A stretch of DNA of 64,000 nt, taken from Amoebidium appalachense. Lineage: Eukaryota; Protista; Ichthyosporea. Positions 57,065-64,000 of the stretch are shown piece after piece. The notes under the pieces were generated by a model that saw only the letters and a program-made list of their open reading frames with translations, did not search any database and was not told the DNA's origin. The stretch covers positions 14,106,914-14,170,913 of the forward strand of contig CAVNZM010000003.1 of assembly GCA_963693365.1 (NCBI GenBank), written 5' to 3'. Every line of letters begins with the position of its first letter. The stretch's first letter is position 1. The position numbers and the translations under genes were made by a program.

Positions 57065-57279
57065 GCCCCCGGCCCCCCGAGGGTGCCCCCCCCGCGCCCC
57101 CCCCCCCACGCCCGGCGCCCGCCCGCTCCCCCCGCCCGTTGCCCCCCCCGCCCCCGGGCCCCCCCCCCGCCCAATCACCGCCGAGACCGCCCCCTCCGTA
57201 CCCCCGCGCCGCCCCGGCCCCCCACTCCCCGCCCAGCCCCGCCCCCCCCCCCCCGGGCCCGCCCCCCCCCCCCCCCGAG

Positions 57280-57317
<38 letters not shown>

Positions 57318-57437
57318 CCCCCCCCCCCCCCCCACCCCCCCGCCCCCCCCCAGCCCCCCCCCCAAACCCACCACGTTTACCTGTACCTAGACATTATTGT
57401 TTCTTACCCCAGAACAGCTTCTAGCACGAGAAATTTA

Positions 57438-57761
57438 TGTCATCTTCACTTGATTCTCACAAGACTTAGAAATTTTTATTATTTTCCTTTCTTCTTTCTT
57501 TTCCCGTCCGTACGCACTTAGCTGCGCACCGAATTCATCCAATCATATCTCGTTTGTATTTTCCCAAATATAGTAACTTACATTCCTTTCTCATTCCTTT
57601 CCCACGTAGCTATTATTAGGAAGATAATAAGAAATGTAAAAAAAATGTTTTTTTTTTTTTTATTTTTTTTTTTTTTTTTTTTATTTTTTTTTTTTTTTTT
57701 TGGTTATTTTTTTTTTTTTTTTTTTTTTTCATGTTATTTTTATTTGTTTTTTTTTCCCTCT

Positions 57762-57795
<34 letters not shown>

Positions 57796-60700
57796 CTTTT
57801 CCAAGTATAAAAGGGATCTCATTTTAAATAAATCAAAGGTTAGCAGTCCTCCTCTCTTCTCACCCATCTCTGCTTCCCTTTACCCACAAAAAATTTCCTC
57901 TCCTCTCTCAACCCCCCCCGCGAAATTCCTCAGTCTAACTGCTTCAATCATGACTGACAAACCGTCGTATATCAACCTTCCAATATGGAATCCGTCCGAG
58001 AAACGAGACGAGAAACGTCTTAATTATTTCGAGTGGGAGCCACTCATTCACCGGTTCATTAGAACAACCATTGCCGAGAAATTCGTTGACGCTATCAAGA
58101 GGCCACAGTGGGTTGACAGCGCTGAAGCCAACCAGTGGCTAGGCTACACCACCAAGGACTCCTACAAGAAAGCTTCCGACGTCCTCGACCGGATCCTCAA
58201 CCAGTCCGTCCACCCGACCGAGCTCTACGACTCCGGCCGGATGCAAGACGGTGTCCACGGTGGTGAAGTCTTCCACAACCTACGTATGGCGTATGTAGCA
58301 GAGAAGGAGGCCCGAGTCACCCAGATTCAAGTCACCTTCGAGGAGCTTGAACTACGAGACTACCCCAACGTCACAGCATACCTCACCCGTCTCCAACGTC
58401 TGGCTACGACACTTGCCTGCCTCGACGAGCCCGTCCAGCACAAGGATGTCGTACGTAAGTTCTTCCTCCACCTCAGGAAGAACACGGCCCTGGTCTGCTC
58501 CGACATTGAACGTCTCTGCTCCGACTACTGGATGAACAACAAGGCCTACCCGTCCTTCAACATGCTCATCAGTGACATCCGAGGAGCTGAAATCCGTGCC
58601 GGCCTCATCGACGCAGGCACTGGTGCAACCGTCAACCACCGTCCCCTCCGTGCACTCCAGAGCAGAGTGCTTCCCCCCGGTGACCTCCGTAACCGTATTC
58701 CTCGACGTGAGCATACACCTCACCGATCCCCGTCCCGTTCCCGTGATCCTCGTCCGTCCTCCAAGTCACCCGGCCCCCCGTTCAACTTCCCCTTACCACC
58801 GTGGTAACAGGGACAACCGTAACCGACAGCACAACACCAAGAAGGTGGAGTGTTCCTACTGCCATGAGCCCCACCACATCACAGCATGCCCGGAGCCTGG
58901 CTGTACTGTTGCTCGTCGTGCCAAGCAGGAGAAAGGCGACAAGAGTGTGAAATTTGCACTCATCTCCTCCACCGGCACACCTGACAGTAACGACCCCGTC
59001 TGGGACAGTGCTTGTAATGCACACATCTGCCCCATCAAGGAGTATTTCTCCTCCCTTACCCCGTGTCCTCCCACCCCCATTCACGGCCTCGGCAAAGTCA
59101 ATGCCAAACAACGTGGCATCATCAACATGACACTGCACTACAACGGCCACCCAACACAGTGCAGCATCAATGCTTACTACGTACCCGAGGCACCGTCTTT
59201 CCTCGTGTCTACCTCCATGGCCTCAGCTGCCGGCCTCCTGGGTCATTGTGACGATACAGACAACCACCCGTCGTTCCTCTACAGCCGTAATGGTGACATC
59301 ATTTCAGATCTCACCCCCCTCGACGGTCTCTACTACATCACCGACTATGTGATTGAGACTCCTAAACACCCGGGGGTCCAAGCCTACACAGCAAGGACTC
59401 AACCACCCGCCGACCTCACCCTTTGGCACAACCGTCTTGGCCACCGTGCCCTCTCCACTGTCACCTGATCCAGGATGGCCAAGGATGAGCTTGTCATCGG
59501 CATGCCCCCCTCCCTCAAGTCACCCGACAACAGTGACTGCTTCGGCTGCATGTCTGGCAAGACCACCAAGGCCCCCTTTCCCGGCACCCGTTCCAAGTTC
59601 ACCATACCCGGTGCTAAGTGGCACCTGGACTTCTTCGAAGCTCCCTGTGCTTCCTACGGAGGCTACAAGGTTGCTCTGGTGTGTGTTTGTGATGCCACCG
59701 GTTACACCACCGTGTTCCCCCTCTACAACCGTGGTGAAACCCTCAGCCACATTCAGTCTCTCGTTGAAACCATCGAACGTCAGACACCTGAGATCGTCAC
59801 CCATCTTCGGTTTGACTCCGGCTCTGAGTTCACCTCCAAGGACACCGAGGCCTACTGCAAGCAGAAAGGCATCATCATGGAGTTTGCCCCCGTCGACACA
59901 CCACAGCACAACGGTGTTGTTGAACGGAAAATGAGAGAACTGCAAGAGACAGTCCGTTGCTTCCTCCATGCCAACAAGGACCAACCTCTCTCTCCCAAGT
60001 TGTGGGTTGCTGCTCTCAAGCATGCTGGCTACATCATCAACGTCACACCGTCATCTGCTGCCAACGGCAACACTCCCTTCGAGGCCTTCCACGGCTTCAA
60101 ACCCGACGTCTCCCAGCTCCACGTGTTCGGCTCCCCTGCATACGTGCATGTTCCCCGGTCAAAGAGGAACAAGCTGGCATCTACCGTCAGAGTCGGCACC
60201 TACGTCGGCTGGGACCTGCCCTCCAAGGCACACAAGATCCTAGACCATGCCAGCAACCAAATCAAGATCTGCCGTGATGTGATCTTCGACGAGTCGAAAT
60301 TCACGAGCAGCACCAATCAGGTCTCCGTTCCCCCCAAACCCGATCTGCCGACATTGGACCCCCCCTCCGACGACGACGATGAAACTCCGTCTGTGGTCAT
60401 CTCCCAACCGTCCTGGCACAACCAACCAGCCCCGGTTGAACCCGTGCCTCCCCCGAGCCCCCCCCCCCACTGGCCAACAACCCTTGCTGCCGGCCCCCCC
60501 CCCCGTTGCTGTGCATCAACCCGGCTACATGACTCCGGTTCGTCCTGGGTCCCCCACCTTCCACTCGGCCTCGAGCAGCCCTGTGGACACCGATGCCCCC
60601 CTCACCACCGGTCCTATTCCTGGCTTCCATGCCCCTATCCCGGCCTCCACCACCTACCCGGCCACCACCCCCCTCAAGGACCCCCCCAAGCCCAACCTTC

Positions 60701-61850
60701 GTCGGTCTACACGTCTCACCAAGACTCCAACGGCACTGGTCAGCATCGTAGCACCGACCATCAACCTTGACCAGCTTCCCAAGGGCATTCAAAAGCTTTG
60801 CAACGGTCCCAACGGTGATGCCGTCATAGCTGCCCTCACCTCCGAGTACCAAGCCTTCATCACCAAGGATGTCTTCACCATTGTTGATCCCCCCTGTGGT
60901 GCCAACATCATCAAGTTCAAGTGGATTGTGACTGAGAAAGTCCTCAACTCAGCCGGTGACACCAAGATCAAAGCTCGTGGTGTTGCAAAGGGCTTCACTC
61001 TCAAGTCTACGGTGTTGACTACGGTGACACCTCTTCCCCCGTGGTGATGTCCTCCTCCGTCCGTGCCCTCCTTGCCATCGGTGTGGACGGCAACCATGAG
61101 ATTCATCAACTCGACGTCTCAACTGCCTTCCTTAACAGTCCTCTTCAAGAAGACATCTACATTGAGCCACCACCTGGCTTCATCACCCCCGGCAACGAGC
61201 ACAAGGTCTGGAAACTTAAGAAGGCACTCTACGGCCTCAAGCAAGCATCACTGGCATGGTATGAGTACTTCGACAAGGTCCTCCTTGCTCACGGTCTCGA
61301 ACGTCTCCGTTCAGATCCATGTGTCTACATCAATGTCTTTTTGTTTTTTTGACCTTCCCCTCACTTTTCTCCTTTTGCCGTCTCCGCACGGCCAACTCTT
61401 CCCACACCAAGGATCTAGTAGACCACATCATGAAGTCAGCTCTCTGCAAGGTTGACCTTCCCGACATCTTCCTTGGCACCCAGCTCATCCACACCCCCGG
61501 TCACCTCAAGCTGCTTTAACAATCCTACATCAACGACATCGTCAGAGACTTCAACCTCAACGATGCTCACCCCAAGGCTACTCCCATTCCTTCGTCCGCC
61601 GGCCCCCCGTCACGACCCCACCCATCAAGGTTCCCTACCGTGAACTCTCGCCCACCGCCCCCCCCCCCCCCCCCCACCGCCCCCCCGCCCCACACCCCCC
61701 CCCGTCTACTGTGACAACCAGTCCACCATTGCCCTCCTGCACACCAACAGCATCAAGCACCGGACCAAACACTTCTCGCCCCGCTTTCTTCCTTCACCAA
61801 GCCCCTGCCCGGGCCCTCCCACGAGCAGCACCGTGATTCCTCCGCTCTCC

Positions 61851-61887
<37 letters not shown>

Positions 61888-61928
61888 TCATCTACAGTTT
61901 GGTCTTCTTTTGCCGCTGTCTCCTCCTC

Positions 61929-61972
<44 letters not shown>

Positions 61973-62016
61973 CTTTTCAGCCAGGGCCCTCAACACCCCC
62001 GTCTAACCCAATTCCT

Positions 62017-62111
<95 letters not shown>

Positions 62112-62113
62112 AT

Positions 62114-62185
<72 letters not shown>

Positions 62186-62224
62186 CCCCCATCTGCCTCT
62201 CCTTCTCTCCACTTTTCTATCACA
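57438..62224 (+). mobile_element. Second, related Copia element, degenerate or poorly assembled; gag-pol remnant from ATG 57950 to about 61830
   Basis: CSYCHEPHHITAC knuckle, WDSACN, WHNRLGH..CFGC, FDSGSEF..NGVVER, HQLDVSTAFLN..YGLKQ, YCDNQS. It begins with TG where the 183-bp array breaks and ends CA where the array resumes. Several frameshifts and stops. Confidence 0.85.
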
Positions 62225-63629
62225 ACCCAGTTTATGGGGGGGATGGTGAATGTGCCCCTGGAGTACGAGGGGCACATGAAAAAACCACAACGTTGTAGCT
62301 CGTATAGAACCCCCCTTGTAGCATAGTATATGTACATGTGTTACCTAGACATTATTGGTTTTTTCAATAACTACCCACAGAACAGCTTCTAGCACGAGAA
62401 ATTTACCACAAAGTTTATGGGGGGGATGGTGAATGTGCCTCTGGAGTACGAGGGTCACACGAAAAAAACACATCATTATAGCCCGGATTGAAAACCCCCC
62501 TTGTACCATATATATCATATATCATGCGGCATGTGTTAGTTTCGCGTTATTGGTTTCCTAGCACGAGATATTCAGCACACAGTTGGGGTTGTGGGGGCAG
62601 TGTACACCTACAATATCAGGGGTACCGCGCGGCAAAAACACCCCCCCCCCCCCCCCCCCGGGGGGGGAGGGGGTCACGCGTGCGATGGTGCACTTATTAT
62701 TACGTTAACTAGGCAGGGTATAGCATCAACGTTATTATATGTGCTGCTGAGTTTCTTTGGTTGTACACCCGTCACCAGTCAATTTATTGGTGTTGGCGCC
62801 CACCTGTGACACCACCTCGGAAGACTGGGGTCACATGTGTGGTGCACACGGTGGGTAAATATCATCAAACTGTAGCTGCAAAAGAATGTGCAATTATGCA
62901 TCACTGTCTGGTATTTGCCTATCCCCCCCCCCCCCCCCCCCCCCCGCCCCCCGCCCCCCCCCCCCCCCCCCCCCCACCGGGCCCTCCCCCCCCCTCCCCC
63001 CCCCCCCCCCCCCCCACCCCAGGCCGCCTCTCCACACCACACACACACGCACCACACACACACACACTGCTGCAGAGCTACATGGATGCCTTCACCATCA
63101 CGCGTGACGATATTTAATTAGTATTGGTGATATTGTACCAATACGTAACGTATATTGGTAATAGATAGTACATAGAATATATATATCACTCGAATATAAA
63201 TAATACGAGAGCCATATGGGGACCCCTTCCTGAATCGCACGCACGCGTGTATACGTCGCGTTGAAGATGTACTCCATCAACCAACTATTAACATAACAAC
63301 GAGTACACAGGCCTGCCCGGGTGTACATACACGTCTGGGTGTTCACATCTTCCCCCACACATGACCTTTCTACGTAAAGCGGGGATAGGCCTCGAGTAAA
63401 CAGCGTTAACGTTATAACTTAAGCTCCGTCGGAACGTATGGCAGCGGTGTCCGAAATATGTCCACCATATCGCCAACCTCACCGATCCGCCGAGAATCGA
63501 TCCAATCACATTATGTACACCATGGGAATCCGCTTCTGATAGCAAATAGTGATTGGCTAAACCCAATCCGGTTTGCAATTTTTTGTCCGTTTAAGCCTGT
63601 ACGCACGTTGTTTGCTCCATTTCTCTTCC

Positions 63630-63765
63630 CCCTTCCCGCAGGTCCGCAGGTGCTTTCCCGCAGGTCGCCTGGTCGCCTGGTCGCAGGTCCCTTCCCGCAG
63701 GTCGCCTGGTCGCAGTTCCCTTCCCGCAGGTCGCCTGGTCACAGGTCCCATCCGCAGGTCGCGCA
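63630..63765 (+). repeat. Short degenerate tandem repeat of (TTCC)CGCAGGTCGCCTGGT units
   Basis: Multiple cgcaggtc / cgcctggt words visible in tandem. Confidence 0.75.
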
Positions 63766-64000
63766 GCCACCGTGCTGAATGGTTTCGACCATGCTGCATG
63801 CTGCAGCTTCTTCGCCTAACAGCTGAATGGCCGTTTGAAGGTTAGTTTTGTGTTGCCTGCTTTTGTGCATGTGGCGTTTGTCTGTCTGGTCTGTGTCCGT
63901 GCCTGTGAATATGTCTGTGTCTGTGTCTGTGTCTGTGTGCGTGTGTGTGTATGTGTGTGCGTGCGTGTGCGTGTGCCTGCTGGCTGCAGATGCACGTTGC

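Noticed and set aside
56975-57830. Pro/Gly-rich and poly-F/K ORFs
   Set aside because: Low-complexity sequence that looks like collapsed consensus over repeat and LTR sequence. The same applies to 61640-62200.
62670-62715. Helitron 3' end (hairpin plus CTAG)
   Set aside because: The stem is only about 4 bp, CTAG is not followed by T, and no Rep/helicase is present.

Overview
Eukaryotic genomic DNA with spliceosomal introns full of (CA)n and poly-C tracts. Almost all long ORFs in the supplied track are translations of these microsatellites, and the real content is a dense nest of transposons and virus-like DNA. In order along the window: (1) the 3' exons of a host Kelch-repeat/BC-box gene (1-3670). 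(2) A minus-strand FAD/NAD(P)H oxidoreductase pseudogene. (3) A complete 20.2-kb CACTA/EnSpm (CMC) element (8984-29158; TIR CACAGGTATACATGAT, TSD ATA) sitting in one of that gene's introns, carrying an intron-rich transposase, a divergent accessory gene and a Copia solo LTR. (4) The probable left end and truncated protein-primed PolB of a Polinton/adintovirus-like element (about 29417-35860). (5) Four fragments of a Ngaro/DIRS-like retroelement. (6) An intron-rich Sola-like transposase gene lying head-to-head with a six-exon 2OG-Fe(II) dioxygenase gene that has an NLS-like tail; this is the best candidate for an undescribed system. (7) Two Copia elements, one with a half-tRNA(iMet) primer site, and an interrupted ~183-bp tandem array. 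Exon models were built by hand from GT-AG sites and reading phase. Several frameshifts fall in homopolymers and may be assembly errors, and 57.0-57.8 kb and 61.6-62.2 kb look like low-quality consensus.
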